Source of the DNA: Candidatus Omnitrophota bacterium
GTDB taxonomy: Bacteria > Omnitrophota > Gorgyraeia > JAGLLT01
Reading direction: 5' to 3'
Length of the DNA stretch: 34,145 nt
Assembly (NCBI GenBank): GCA_023140385.1
Contig: JAGLLT010000025.1
Location: 1 to 34,145, forward strand
The notes beneath the pieces are model-generated. The model was not told the origin of the DNA and did no database searches. It saw only the letters and a list, made by a program, of their open reading frames with translations. The position numbers were made by a program, and so were the translations under genes. This document shows positions 14,056 through 23,183 of the stretch, piece by piece. Position 1 is the first letter of the stretch; each line of letters starts with the position of its first letter.

Positions 14056-15351
14056 ATGTCAATGAATAGATTGCCGATCAAAATAGTAGTCGTCGCAACA
14101 TTATTCCTAATGGCCGTAGTTATCTCACCGGTTAGCGGCGCGGAGAAGGTAGAGCCTTGTTTTGACAAGCTTCCCGTTGGATGGACTGTTGCTAAATCTT
14201 TCGTAGTGTCCGGGGATGGAACAGCTGCTATCGGCAAAAGGCTTGGCGTGCCCATCAAGAAGGTATCTAACATATTTCTCCTGGTGCATGGCCGGCAGAT
14301 TCAAGTAAACATTCTTGAGGCGAAAAGTGACGATGATGCTGTCAGGCTCCACTCGGTAATTTCACGGATGAAAGGAAGCCCCGCCTTTTGCGTTCAAAAG
14401 AACAGGCAGGTGATTGAATTTACAGGCAGTAACGTTACCGTTGCCCTCGCGACAAAGATTTCATATGAGTTGGGTTTTATCTGTAAGCCCAGCGAAGCGC
14501 AATACCGAATTACGGCTGATATCGCGACTATTGATGAAGCTGATTATATGTCTTCTAATAAACTGTTTAATTTGTTAATAAAAGCAACTATTAACTCTAT
14601 AGACAAACAAACGTCTTCTCAAATTGCCGAGCTCTCGAAACACTTCCAGTTTGGCAGCCAAATTACCTTGCGGGCATCCGGTCAAAAGACGCGGCCTGCC
14701 TATAGTTTTAGTCCGGTTCCTTTTAAAGAGGAAGCTTCAATCAAATCCGGAACCGCTACTTATTCATTCTGTGAGACGCATAATCTGCTTGGTGTGCCAT
14801 ATGTTACTCTTACAGCCGACATTACAACGCGCGAGGCCGGAGTTACACCAACGGCAAGAGAAGCGGACGAGATGCTTCTTGCTTCGACTACATTTTGGCC
14901 GGTTAATGATCCAAAAATAATATCGCTTGCCAAGAAAATTACCGCGGGCAAAGTAACCAGAGAAGACAAAGTTAACGCGATATTAAAGTGGCTTGTTCCG
15001 GGCAGGAACGTTAAATTTGGCGGGCCGATTATCGGTTCGCGATGGGGTGTTAAGAAAGTTTTGAGGCAAAAATATGGACGCTGCTGGGACTTTTCGGACT
15101 GCTTTGTTACCTTATGTCGTGCTTCTAATATTCCCTGCAGACAGGTTGGCGGCTGGCTCTATGGGATGGGCGGCCATATCTGGGCGGAAGTGCTTTTTGA
15201 GGGCAAGGGTTGGCAGCAAGTAGACCCCACAGGCGACGGTAAACTCAACTGTGGGATTTATCACATTCCCTATTTCGTAACCGAAGACGGCAATATGCCA
15301 ATCCTCTATATATCAATGCCGAAAATTGATGCAGTCGATACAAAAAGATAA
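14056..15351 (+). CDS. Exported transglutaminase-like (papain-fold Cys-His-Asp) protein
   Basis: Signal-peptide-like N-terminus; GRCWDFS..F..LCRA..IP.R, GHIWAEV and GWQQVDPT motifs. Confidence 0.85.
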   Translation: MSMNRLPIKIVVVATLFLMAVVISPVSGAEKVEPCFDKLPVGWTVAKSFVVSGDGTAAIGKRLGVPIKKVSNIFLLVHGRQIQVNILEAKSDDDAVRLHSVISRMKGSPAFCVQKNRQVIEFTGSNVTVALATKISYELGFICKPSEAQYRITADIATIDEADYMSSNKLFNLLIKATINSIDKQTSSQIAELSKHFQFGSQITLRASGQKTRPAYSFSPVPFKEEASIKSGTATYSFCETHNLLGVPYVTLTADITTREAGVTPTAREADEMLLASTTFWPVNDPKIISLAKKITAGKVTREDKVNAILKWLVPGRNVKFGGPIIGSRWGVKKVLRQKYGRCWDFSDCFVTLCRASNIPCRQVGGWLYGMGGHIWAEVLFEGKGWQQVDPTGDGKLNCGIYHIPYFVTEDGNMPILYISMPKIDAVDTKR

Positions 15352-15414
15352 TAGAAAGAAAAAGTCGCTATTAATGTATCCCAAAAAGCGTAGATAGCTT
15401 TATTTATTTTTTTA

Positions 15415-15442
15415 TTGATTTCATAGTTGATTCTGTTATAAT
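15415..15442 (+). promoter_or_regulatory. Sigma70-type promoter with extended -10
   Basis: TTGATT(15415)-16 bp-TATAAT(15437), with TGn before the -10. Confidence 0.5.
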
Positions 15443-15499
15443 AAAAAGTACCTGATTGAAAAGATAAAAAGCAAAATAACTTTAAATAAGGAGGCGGAA

Positions 15500-16285
15500 A
15501 TGAGAAAATTGTTAAATCAGAGAGCTTGTTTCATCATTTTTCTAATTGTTTTTTTAGTAGTTGCTTCTACCGCCTGGACAGAAGCGGCTATTTACAAATG
15601 GCTCCAGCCTTATGATTTGGAAAATGGTTATGATATTGAGTCATATTACGCGGAGGATTCCGGTGCTTTGCATATAGTGGCTGATGATTGGCTTTGCACA
15701 AATAATTTACCGGTGACCGATATTCACTGGTGGGGTTCTTACTGGGAAAACATAGGGGGAAATTGGGTTCCTTACGCGGGGGAAGAGGATCCTTATCGCG
15801 CGCTTGGAACGTCGCCTCAATTCCTTCTGCGTATTTACACGGATGTACCCGTGAGCGGAAATAACCCTTATAGCCATCCCGGTGACATGATCTGGGAACA
15901 CCCTACCTCTTTTCCGGGAGGTTTTGTCGGCCATGAGCAGAACCCTATTATGGAGAATGCTTCAAAGTTTGAATGGAATTGGAACCTGAGAGAAGAGTGG
16001 TATTTTAATCAGGATCCCGGTGAAAATGTCTACTGGCTGAGTATTTTTCAGATTCTTCGGCCGAACGACCAGTATCTTTGGGGCTGGGAAACTTCCTCCG
16101 AACACTGGAACGATATTGCCACTTATTGGGATGGCGATGAATGGTATCCTGTAGCGGAGGAACTGACCGATATGGCCTTTGGCTTGACCACACCTATTCC
16201 GACTCCCGGCGTGATGCCGCTTTTGGGCTCTGTTTTATTTGGCCTTTATGGATTTAACGCGGTATTCAGAAAGAAAAAACAGTAG
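15500..16285 (+). CDS. Secreted Trp/acid-rich protein with PEP-CTERM-like sorting signal
   Basis: Signal peptide; VADDW.C.....TDIHWWGSY domain; C-terminal IPTPG + hydrophobic helix + RKKK; AAGGAGG RBS. Confidence 0.75.
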   Translation: MRKLLNQRACFIIFLIVFLVVASTAWTEAAIYKWLQPYDLENGYDIESYYAEDSGALHIVADDWLCTNNLPVTDIHWWGSYWENIGGNWVPYAGEEDPYRALGTSPQFLLRIYTDVPVSGNNPYSHPGDMIWEHPTSFPGGFVGHEQNPIMENASKFEWNWNLREEWYFNQDPGENVYWLSIFQILRPNDQYLWGWETSSEHWNDIATYWDGDEWYPVAEELTDMAFGLTTPIPTPGVMPLLGSVLFGLYGFNAVFRKKKQ

Positions 16286-16310
16286 CAGAAAAAGATTACA
16301 CCTATTTTTT

Positions 16311-16356
16311 AAAGGGGGCAGGCGGATAATTAAAAAATCGCTCTGACCCCTTTTTT
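16311..16356. repeat. Inverted pair of GGGG(G/T)CAG motifs; terminator-like hairpin
   Basis: AAAGGGGGCAGGCG ... CGCTCTGACCCCTTTTTT. Confidence 0.65.
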
Positions 16357-16398
16357 GATGGTAAGGCCGGCGGCTCCCGGCTTCAATAATTGTTTTAC

Positions 16399-16427
16399 TT
16401 GACGGGGTTTTTAAAAAGGAGTATAAT
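16399..16427 (+). promoter_or_regulatory. Sigma70-type promoter
   Basis: TTGACG-17 bp-TATAAT. Confidence 0.7.
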
Positions 16428-16469
16428 GAAGTTGTTCTGTTGAGATGGTTGTTATTTTGACGGGAAGAG

Positions 16470-16772
16470 GTGAAAGAAATGAATGAGAAACAGATGAAAA
16501 GATGGGAGTGGATTAGAAGGCCGGGCAAAAAACACTTCATATGGGTTCGCTGTGTATTGGGATGGGGCGTACTTACGGCAGTTCTTTATTCGATTATTAC
16601 GTCAATACTTAATATGCAGGCTTTTTTTACTATTTTACCCATTGCTGTTATTGTGTTCCCAATCGGAGGTATTTTTATTGGTTCATGGGCGTGGAACATA
16701 ACCGAGAAAAAATATAAACGGGCAATGAGAAATAAATCAAAAATTACCGTAGGAGTGGATATACCCGCTTAA
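16470..16772 (+). CDS. Small two-helix membrane protein, function unknown
   Basis: W...R..GK..FI....VLGWG pattern, two hydrophobic helices and W...EKKY; the start may be ATG 16479. Confidence 0.7.
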   Translation: MKEMNEKQMKRWEWIRRPGKKHFIWVRCVLGWGVLTAVLYSIITSILNMQAFFTILPIAVIVFPIGGIFIGSWAWNITEKKYKRAMRNKSKITVGVDIPA

Positions 16773-16832
16773 AGAGTCAGGCACGTCTAAAAGCCCCCTC
16801 TACAGCTTAACGGAACTTCCCCATAAAACCCC

Positions 16833-16861
16833 TTGACAACAAGATGATATTGTGATAAGTT
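16833..16861 (+). promoter_or_regulatory. rplM-rpsI promoter
   Basis: TTGACA-17 bp-TAAGTT with extended TG. Confidence 0.65.
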
Positions 16862-16897
16862 AATTGGACAATTTAAACTGTATAACAAGAGTGAATT

Positions 16898-17338
16898 ATG
16901 TTAAATAAAGCAAAAACTTATACTCCTAACGTAAATGACATTAAGCGAGGCTGGTTTATTATCGATGCCAAAGGCAAGATATTAGGCAAGCTGGCGACCA
17001 AGGCGGCGGTTTACCTGCAGGGAAAAAATAAGACAGATTATACTCCGTATATAGATGGCGGAGATGAGGTGATTGTAGTAAATGCTGAAAAGATTGTCGT
17101 GACCGGCAAGAAGCTCGAGCAAAAGATGTATAAAAGATATTCAGGTTATCCGGGCGGATTAAAAGAGACGCCTCTTGAAGAGATGCTCAAGAGAAAGCCT
17201 GAAGAGGTTATAAGATTAGCGGTTAAGGGAATGCTGCCGAAAAACAGGCTGGGCAGTAGAATGATAGTAAGATTAAAGGTATATAAGGGAGAAGCTCACC
17301 CTCATAAGTCACAAAAGCCTGTGCCTTTAGAAATATAA
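16898..17338 (+). CDS. rplM: 50S ribosomal protein L13
   Basis: [38 protein letters not shown] and [11 protein letters not shown]. Confidence 0.98.
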   Translation: MLNKAKTYTPNVNDIKRGWFIIDAKGKILGKLATKAAVYLQGKNKTDYTPYIDGGDEVIVVNAEKIVVTGKKLEQKMYKRYSGYPGGLKETPLEEMLKRKPEEVIRLAVKGMLPKNRLGSRMIVRLKVYKGEAHPHKSQKPVPLEI

Positions 17339-17356
17339 AAACATTTCGGAGAAAAA

Positions 17357-17758
17357 ATGGCTAAGAAGGTTACGCAGAGTAAAGTATTAAAAGGAAAAAG
17401 GAAGAGCGCGGTCAGCAGAGTAAAGCTTTCAGGCGGTAAAGGAAACTTTGAAGTGAATGGAAAAAGCCTGGATAAATACTTTATCTCTGAAATTCAGCAA
17501 ATGCTGATTAAGGAGCCGCTTACCATAACCGAGACAATTACTAAGTACGATGTAATGGTAAATGTCAAAGGCGGAGGTTTGTCCGGGCAAGCCGGAGCTA
17601 CCAGACTTGCCATAGCCAGAGGGTTAATTCTGCAAGAACCAGATTTAAGAAACGTTTTGAAAAAGGCAGGTTTTTTAACTTGTGACGCGCGCCAGAAGGA
17701 ACGGAAAAAGTATGGCCAGAAGAAGGCGCGAAAACGCTTCCAGTTCTCAAAGCGTTAA
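17357..17758 (+). CDS. rpsI: 30S ribosomal protein S9
   Basis: GKRKSAV.RV, V.GGG.SGQAGA.R.AIAR and ERKKYG.KKARK.FQFSKR. Confidence 0.97.
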   Translation: MAKKVTQSKVLKGKRKSAVSRVKLSGGKGNFEVNGKSLDKYFISEIQQMLIKEPLTITETITKYDVMVNVKGGGLSGQAGATRLAIARGLILQEPDLRNVLKKAGFLTCDARQKERKKYGQKKARKRFQFSKR

Positions 17759-17792
17759 TATTTTCACGACAATTTAATTTAGAGAAAATTAG

Positions 17793-17851
17793 TGCCTATC
17801 CTTTCGGCTGTTCATAGATAAAATAGCTTGACGGGATAGGCATTTTCTTTT
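17793..17851 (+). terminator. Intrinsic terminator after rpsI (overlaps the -35 of the arg promoter)
   Basis: TGCCTATCC/GGATAGGCA stem with inner G-U pairing, followed by TTTTCTTTT. Confidence 0.65.
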
Positions 17852-17856
17852 ATAAT
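17828..17856 (+). promoter_or_regulatory. Promoter of the arg-lys operon
   Basis: TTGACG-17 bp-TATAAT. Confidence 0.75.
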
Positions 17857-17966
17857 TTTACCATCTGTAAAGTATTAAATATTAGACGGTAAAATAAGTT
17901 TCATTCTTAAATCAAAAAAAACCGCGCGGTGTGGTTTTTACACTCGTTTATAAAGAGAGAAAAGCG

Positions 17967-18989
17967 ATGTTAAAAGTAGGAGTTATCGGAGCGACCGGTT
18001 ATACCGGCGAAGAGTTGGTCAAGATATTGCTCAATCATCCAAAAGTAGAGCTTACTTCAATAACGGCCAAAGTTGAAAAGGAGAGCAGAATGTCCGACCT
18101 TTTTGGCAGGTTTTTGGGTAAGTGCGACCTGATGTGTAAGAATTTAGATGTTGATGAGGTGGCAAAAAAGACGGACCTGGTATTTTTAGCCCTGCCGCAC
18201 GGGGTCTCTATGCAGTACGCGAAAGCCTTCTTAAAGAAAGGGAAAAGGGTTATTGACTTAAGCGCGGACTACAGGTTAAGTGACGCGTCTTTGTATAAAG
18301 AGTGGTATCATATCAAACATACCGATGAGGTTAATTTGGCGGAAAGCGTCTACGGTATGCCCGAGGTCTATAAGAGCCAGATAAAAGAGGCACGCCTGGT
18401 GGCCAATCCCGGCTGTTATCCAACGGTGTCAATTTTGTCTTCTCTGCCTATGGCAGCCAGGCATCACCTGGGTTTATCCGGTATTATCATTGATGCCAAG
18501 TCAGGAATTACCGGTGCCGGCAGGAAGGCCGCTTTAGGGCTTCACTACTCTGAGATTAACGAGAGCATAAAGGCCTACAAGATAAATGAACATCAGCATA
18601 TACCGGAAATAAACCAGGAATTAACGAAGGCAAGAGGCAGTAGAGTAGACGTTACCTTTGTTCCTCACGTTGTGCCGCTAAACAGGGGTATACTGGCGAC
18701 TGTTTATATGATGTATAGGGAAAAGGTAAGGCAGGATGACGTCTTGAGCATTTACAAAGACTATTACAAAAAGGCGCCGTTTGTAAGGGTGCTTGACGAA
18801 GGAAGGCTTCCTGAGATTAAAGATGTGGTATATACCAACTACTGCCACATAGGATTGAAGGTTAACGAAGAAAAAGGGCTGGTAATCGCGGTTGCTGTAA
18901 TAGATAATCTGTTAAAGGGGGCCAGCGGCCAGGCGGTTCAGGATATGAATATTATGAATGGTTTTAATGAAACCGAAGGGTTGATATAG
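17967..18989 (+). CDS. argC: N-acetyl-gamma-glutamyl-phosphate reductase
   Basis: GATGYTG.EL, FLALPHG, IDLSADYR, ANPGCYPT and DNLLKGASGQAVQ; start moved to ATG 17967. Confidence 0.97.
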   Translation: MLKVGVIGATGYTGEELVKILLNHPKVELTSITAKVEKESRMSDLFGRFLGKCDLMCKNLDVDEVAKKTDLVFLALPHGVSMQYAKAFLKKGKRVIDLSADYRLSDASLYKEWYHIKHTDEVNLAESVYGMPEVYKSQIKEARLVANPGCYPTVSILSSLPMAARHHLGLSGIIIDAKSGITGAGRKAALGLHYSEINESIKAYKINEHQHIPEINQELTKARGSRVDVTFVPHVVPLNRGILATVYMMYREKVRQDDVLSIYKDYYKKAPFVRVLDEGRLPEIKDVVYTNYCHIGLKVNEEKGLVIAVAVIDNLLKGASGQAVQDMNIMNGFNETEGLI

Positions 18990-20189
18990 ATGAAATTTGT
19001 TTCAGGCGGCGTAACTTTACCTGTTGGTTTTAAAGCGGCGGGAATTCACTGCGGAATAAAGAAAAGAAAGCTTGATCTGGGGATTTTGCGTTCAGACTAT
19101 CCGGCAAAATCAGCCGGTGTCTTTACAACCAATAAGTTAAAAGCTCCTCATATTGAGCTTGATAAAGAACATATAAGAAAAGGTAAGATCAGGGCGCTTC
19201 TGGTAAATAGCGGAAATGCCAACTGCTACAACGGCAAAAGAGGCCTGGATGACGCGAAGGCCCTGATTCAAAAGACATCTGCCCTATTAAAGGTTAATAA
19301 GGGGGAAGTTCTTATTGCCTCAACGGGGGTTATTGCCAAGCCGTTACCTGTTTCTTTAATGGTTGGCAGGATACCCCAGCTTATAGATAAACTGGGCGAG
19401 GATAAAGAAGGCGGTTTTGCCCAGGCTATTTTGACAACCGATAAGAAAGTTAAGCAGGCGGCGATTGAATTTAAGATAGGCTCAAAGGTTGTCAGGCTGG
19501 CAGGCTGTATTAAAGGTTCGGGGATGATACAGCCGCATATGGCAACGACCCTTTGTTTTTTGACAACCGACGTTGAGATAAGTAAAGGAGCCCTTAATAA
19601 AGCTCTGAGATTGGCTGTGGATGAATCTCTCAATCTTGTAACCGTTGACGGGGACATGAGTCCCAATGACAGTGTTATAATTTTGGCTAACGGCCGGGCA
19701 AAAAATAAGGCTATTGATTTACATACAGCGTCTTTCGGTACCTTTACTAAGGCACTGACCCTTATTTTGATGAAGCTGACAAAGATGCTTATTGAAGACG
19801 CTGAAGGTTCGACAAAGGTTATTACTATAGAGGTTAAGGGCGCCAAAAACAGGCAGGAGGCGAGGAAGGCGGGTTTTGCCGTTGCCAATTCTAATCTTGT
19901 TAAAACCGCCTTTTACGGCCAGGACCCGAACTGGGGCAGAATGCTTTCCGCTGTAGGCTCATCAGGCGTTTCTTTAAAGCCGCGGGAGGTTGAGTTGTCG
20001 TTTGGAGGAGTAAAGGTTTTTAAAAATTTTGAGCCGCAGAAGATTGATAAAAGAAAACTGGAAAATATTTTCAGGAAGCCGGAAATTTTAGTCACGGTGG
20101 ACTTAAAGGCGGGCAGTAAGAGCGCGACCGTTCTTACCTGCGACTTGACAAAAGACTATATTAGTATAAACGCTCACTACAGGACATAA
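18990..20189 (+). CDS. argJ: Glutamate N-acetyltransferase / ornithine acetyltransferase
   Basis: GFKAAG, GVFTTN, NSGNAN, STGVI, KGSGMI.P.MAT, DGD.S.ND, DPNWGR and INAHYRT. Confidence 0.97.
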   Translation: MKFVSGGVTLPVGFKAAGIHCGIKKRKLDLGILRSDYPAKSAGVFTTNKLKAPHIELDKEHIRKGKIRALLVNSGNANCYNGKRGLDDAKALIQKTSALLKVNKGEVLIASTGVIAKPLPVSLMVGRIPQLIDKLGEDKEGGFAQAILTTDKKVKQAAIEFKIGSKVVRLAGCIKGSGMIQPHMATTLCFLTTDVEISKGALNKALRLAVDESLNLVTVDGDMSPNDSVIILANGRAKNKAIDLHTASFGTFTKALTLILMKLTKMLIEDAEGSTKVITIEVKGAKNRQEARKAGFAVANSNLVKTAFYGQDPNWGRMLSAVGSSGVSLKPREVELSFGGVKVFKNFEPQKIDKRKLENIFRKPEILVTVDLKAGSKSATVLTCDLTKDYISINAHYRT

Positions 20190-20194
20190 TTATT

Positions 20195-21061
20195 ATGGAA
20201 AGTATAATCAAAAAAGCTGACGTATTGATTGAGTCCCTGCCGTACATTCAACGCTTTAATAAAAAGATTGTCGTTATAAAATATGGCGGCGCGGTTATGG
20301 AAAACGATGAGATGAGAATGAGCACCCTTGAGGATATAGTCTTTATGAACTTTGTGGGGATGAAACCTGTTCTTGTTCACGGAGGAGGCCCCTTTATCAA
20401 CGAAAAGATGCAAGAGGCGGGTAAAAAGCCTGAATTTATCGATGGCCATAGAGTAACGGATGAGCATACCGTCCAGATTGTGGAAGAGACCTTGTCTGAA
20501 CTGAATAAAAAGATTGCCAAAGAGATCAGGCAATTGGGCGCTCTGACCGAGAGCCTGGGAGGCAGGGTTGACAACCTGCTAAAGGTGAAGGAGCAGACTG
20601 CCGCTCAGAAAAAAAAGTTTGGCTTTGTGGGTGAGATTGAAAGTGTTAATCCCCAGGCCATTAAAAAGACGCTTAAGGCGGGAAAGATTCCCGTGATATA
20701 TCCCGCGGCTTTAGGTGACAAAAATGAGGCATATAATGTTAATGCTGATTTAGCCGGCGCTAAAATAGCGGTGGCGCTTAAGGCTAAGAAGTTCGTCCTA
20801 TTGACAAATACTCAGGGAATAATGATGAATCAGGATGACGAAGAGTCTTTGGTGTCAACGCTGAGGGTGAAAGAGGTAAAGGATCTGATAAAAAGAGCTG
20901 TAATCAAAGGCGGAATGCTGCCCAAGGTTAAGGCGTGCGTAGAGGCCCTGAAGGGGGGAGTTGATAAAACTCACATAATTGACGGCAGAATTCCTCATTC
21001 GCTGCTGTTGGAAGTATTTACCGATAAGGGAATTGGAACGGAAATAATTAAGGTTAAGTAG
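20195..21061 (+). CDS. argB: Acetylglutamate kinase
   Basis: VIKYGG, VHGGGP.I, G.RVTD, NVNAD, GGM.PK and G.GT. Confidence 0.97.
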   Translation: MESIIKKADVLIESLPYIQRFNKKIVVIKYGGAVMENDEMRMSTLEDIVFMNFVGMKPVLVHGGGPFINEKMQEAGKKPEFIDGHRVTDEHTVQIVEETLSELNKKIAKEIRQLGALTESLGGRVDNLLKVKEQTAAQKKKFGFVGEIESVNPQAIKKTLKAGKIPVIYPAALGDKNEAYNVNADLAGAKIAVALKAKKFVLLTNTQGIMMNQDDEESLVSTLRVKEVKDLIKRAVIKGGMLPKVKACVEALKGGVDKTHIIDGRIPHSLLLEVFTDKGIGTEIIKVK

Positions 21062-21071
21062 AGAAAATAAT

Positions 21072-22253
21072 ATGGTTAAAAATAATGTAGTAGAACAATA
21101 TAGCAAATACGTAATGACTACTTACACAAGAACTCCGCTGGTAATTGTTAAGGGCAAGGGCAAATATGTCTGGGATGATAAAGGCAAGAGGTATCTTGAC
21201 TTTTTTCCGGGGTGGGCGGTAAGCGGTTTAGGCCACTGTCATCCGCGGGTTGTAAAAGGAGTTAAGGAGCAGGTAGAGAAAATCATCCACGTCTCTAATA
21301 ACTATTACAATGTTTTACAGGGAGAGTTGGCGGGAGAGATAATTAAAAACTCATTTCCCGGCAAAGTGTTTTTTTGCAATTCGGGAGCGGAGGCGGTTGA
21401 GTCAGCTATAAAGCTGGCCAGAAAATACGGCGGCTCCAAAAGATATGAGATAATAGGCATGAACAACTCCTTTCACGGCAGGACGCTGGCAGCTATAACC
21501 TTGACGGGACAAAAGAATTATCAAAAAGGCTTTGAGCCTCTACCCGCGGGATTTAAGCATGTACCCTTTAATGATTACACGGCGCTGGAAAAAGCAATAA
21601 CCAAAAAGACAGCGGCGATAGTTATTGAGCCCATACAGGGGGAAGGCGGAATTAACGTGGCCGGCAAGGCCTACCTGAAAAAGGTGAGGAAGTTGTGCGA
21701 CAAGAGAGATATCCTGTTGATACTTGATGAAATTCAGACCGGATTAGGCAGAACGGGAAAGATGTTCTGCTATCAGCACTACGGCATTACGCCTGACGCG
21801 ATGACCTTAGCTAAAACTTTAGGCGGGGGGCTTCCTATTGGGGCGCTGGTAGCCGGCTCTAAGGTGTCAGAGGTTTTAACCCCCGGGACACACGCGAGCA
21901 CCTTTGGCGGGAGTCCGATAGTTTGCGCGGCCTCTCTGGCAGTATTTGAGGCGATAAAGAAGGACAAACTGCTTAAAAATGTGAATTCGGTAAGCAAATA
22001 CCTGTTTAAGAAAATAGCGTGGTTAAAAGTTAAATATCCTGATATAATAAAAGGAGTAAGGGGTAAAGGCCTGATGATTGGAGTTGTCTTAAAATGTCCC
22101 GGAGCTGAAATTGCCTCCAGGGCATTAAAAAAGGGCCTGCTTATTAACTGTACGCAGACTAATATAATCAGGCTGCTGCCTCCTTTAACTATAAGTAAAA
22201 AGGATGTAGACAGAGCCGTGAGCATTTTGGATAAACTTTTAAAGACGAGATAA
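21072..22253 (+). CDS. argD: Acetylornithine aminotransferase
   Basis: LGHCHP, FCNSGAEA.E, SFHGRT, EPIQGEGG, DEIQTG.GRTG, LAK.LGGG and HASTFGG. Confidence 0.95.
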   Translation: MVKNNVVEQYSKYVMTTYTRTPLVIVKGKGKYVWDDKGKRYLDFFPGWAVSGLGHCHPRVVKGVKEQVEKIIHVSNNYYNVLQGELAGEIIKNSFPGKVFFCNSGAEAVESAIKLARKYGGSKRYEIIGMNNSFHGRTLAAITLTGQKNYQKGFEPLPAGFKHVPFNDYTALEKAITKKTAAIVIEPIQGEGGINVAGKAYLKKVRKLCDKRDILLILDEIQTGLGRTGKMFCYQHYGITPDAMTLAKTLGGGLPIGALVAGSKVSEVLTPGTHASTFGGSPIVCAASLAVFEAIKKDKLLKNVNSVSKYLFKKIAWLKVKYPDIIKGVRGKGLMIGVVLKCPGAEIASRALKKGLLINCTQTNIIRLLPPLTISKKDVDRAVSILDKLLKTR

Positions 22254-22256
22254 AAA

Positions 22257-23183
22257 ATGAAGCATAAAGATTTAATTTCCATAGAAGAGCTTACAGTAAA
22301 AGAGGTTAATCAGATTTTGGATTTAAGCGCCAGGCTCAAGGCAAATAAAGCCGGGGGTGTTAATCTTAAAGGTAAGACGCTGGGGCTGGTATTTCAGAAA
22401 CCTTCCAACAGGACGAGGGTTTCCTTTTGGGTGGGAATGAGTAAGCTAAAAGGACACTGCATCTATCTTTCTCCTCAGGAACTGCAGCTTGGAGAAAGAG
22501 AGTGCGTTAAGGACGCGGGCAGGGTTTTATCAAGGTATCTTGATGTTATCGCGGCAAGGACGTTTTCGCATAAAATGCTGCTGGAGCTTGCCAAATATTC
22601 TTCGGTGCCGGTAATAAACGCCCTGACAGACCTTTTGCATCCCTGCCAGGCGTTGAGTGATATATTAACGATTAAGGAGATAAAAAAGAGCTTTAAGGGT
22701 ATCAAACTTGCCTATGTCGGAGACGGCAATAATGTTCTGCACTCCCTGTTATACGCGGCGGCGAAGGTGGGGCTGGATATTTCTTATGCCGTGCCTAAGG
22801 GATATGAGCCTAATGAGGAGATTTTAAGGAAAGCAAAGGTTATAGCAAAAAAAACAAGGTCTAAAATTGAAAAGTCCAATGATGCTAAAAAGGCGGCAGA
22901 AGGAGCTGATTTTATCTATACAGACGTCTGGACCAGCATGCATCAGGAGAAAGCGGCCGCTAAAAGAAAGGAGGCCTTTAAGAGTTTTCAGATAAACACA
23001 AAGCTTTTGTCCTTTGCCAAAAGAGGCTGTCTGGTGATGCACTGTCTGCCGGCAAAAAGAGGATTAGAGATAACGGATGAGATTATGGACGGGCCTCAGT
23101 CGATTGTCTATGACCAGGCTGAAAACAGGCTCTATGTGGAGCAGGCAATATTGTATTTATTATTAAAGGATAATAAAAGATGA
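22257..23183 (+). CDS. argF: Ornithine carbamoyltransferase
   Basis: FQKPSNRTRVSF, HPCQAL.D, YVGDGNN, TDVW.SM, HCLP and QAENR; located in the arg operon. Confidence 0.93.
   Translation: MKHKDLISIEELTVKEVNQILDLSARLKANKAGGVNLKGKTLGLVFQKPSNRTRVSFWVGMSKLKGHCIYLSPQELQLGERECVKDAGRVLSRYLDVIAARTFSHKMLLELAKYSSVPVINALTDLLHPCQALSDILTIKEIKKSFKGIKLAYVGDGNNVLHSLLYAAAKVGLDISYAVPKGYEPNEEILRKAKVIAKKTRSKIEKSNDAKKAAEGADFIYTDVWTSMHQEKAAAKRKEAFKSFQINTKLLSFAKRGCLVMHCLPAKRGLEITDEIMDGPQSIVYDQAENRLYVEQAILYLLLKDNKR

Noticed and set aside
5860..15351. Anbu-type operon (Ntn hydrolase + transglutaminase)
   Set aside because: The genes are more than 7 kb apart, the transglutaminase is exported, and no ATP-grasp or alpha-E gene is present.
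3935..16800. Complete integron, prophage or IS/transposon
   Set aside because: No ORF on either strand has tyrosine-recombinase, DDE, HUH or phage structural motifs; any catalyst must act in trans.
19268..19888. Long minus-strand ORFs (also 1244-1576, 11403-11717, 21779-22282, 29144-29794 and others)
   Set aside because: They are antisense shadows of well-supported + strand genes, with no recognisable motifs.
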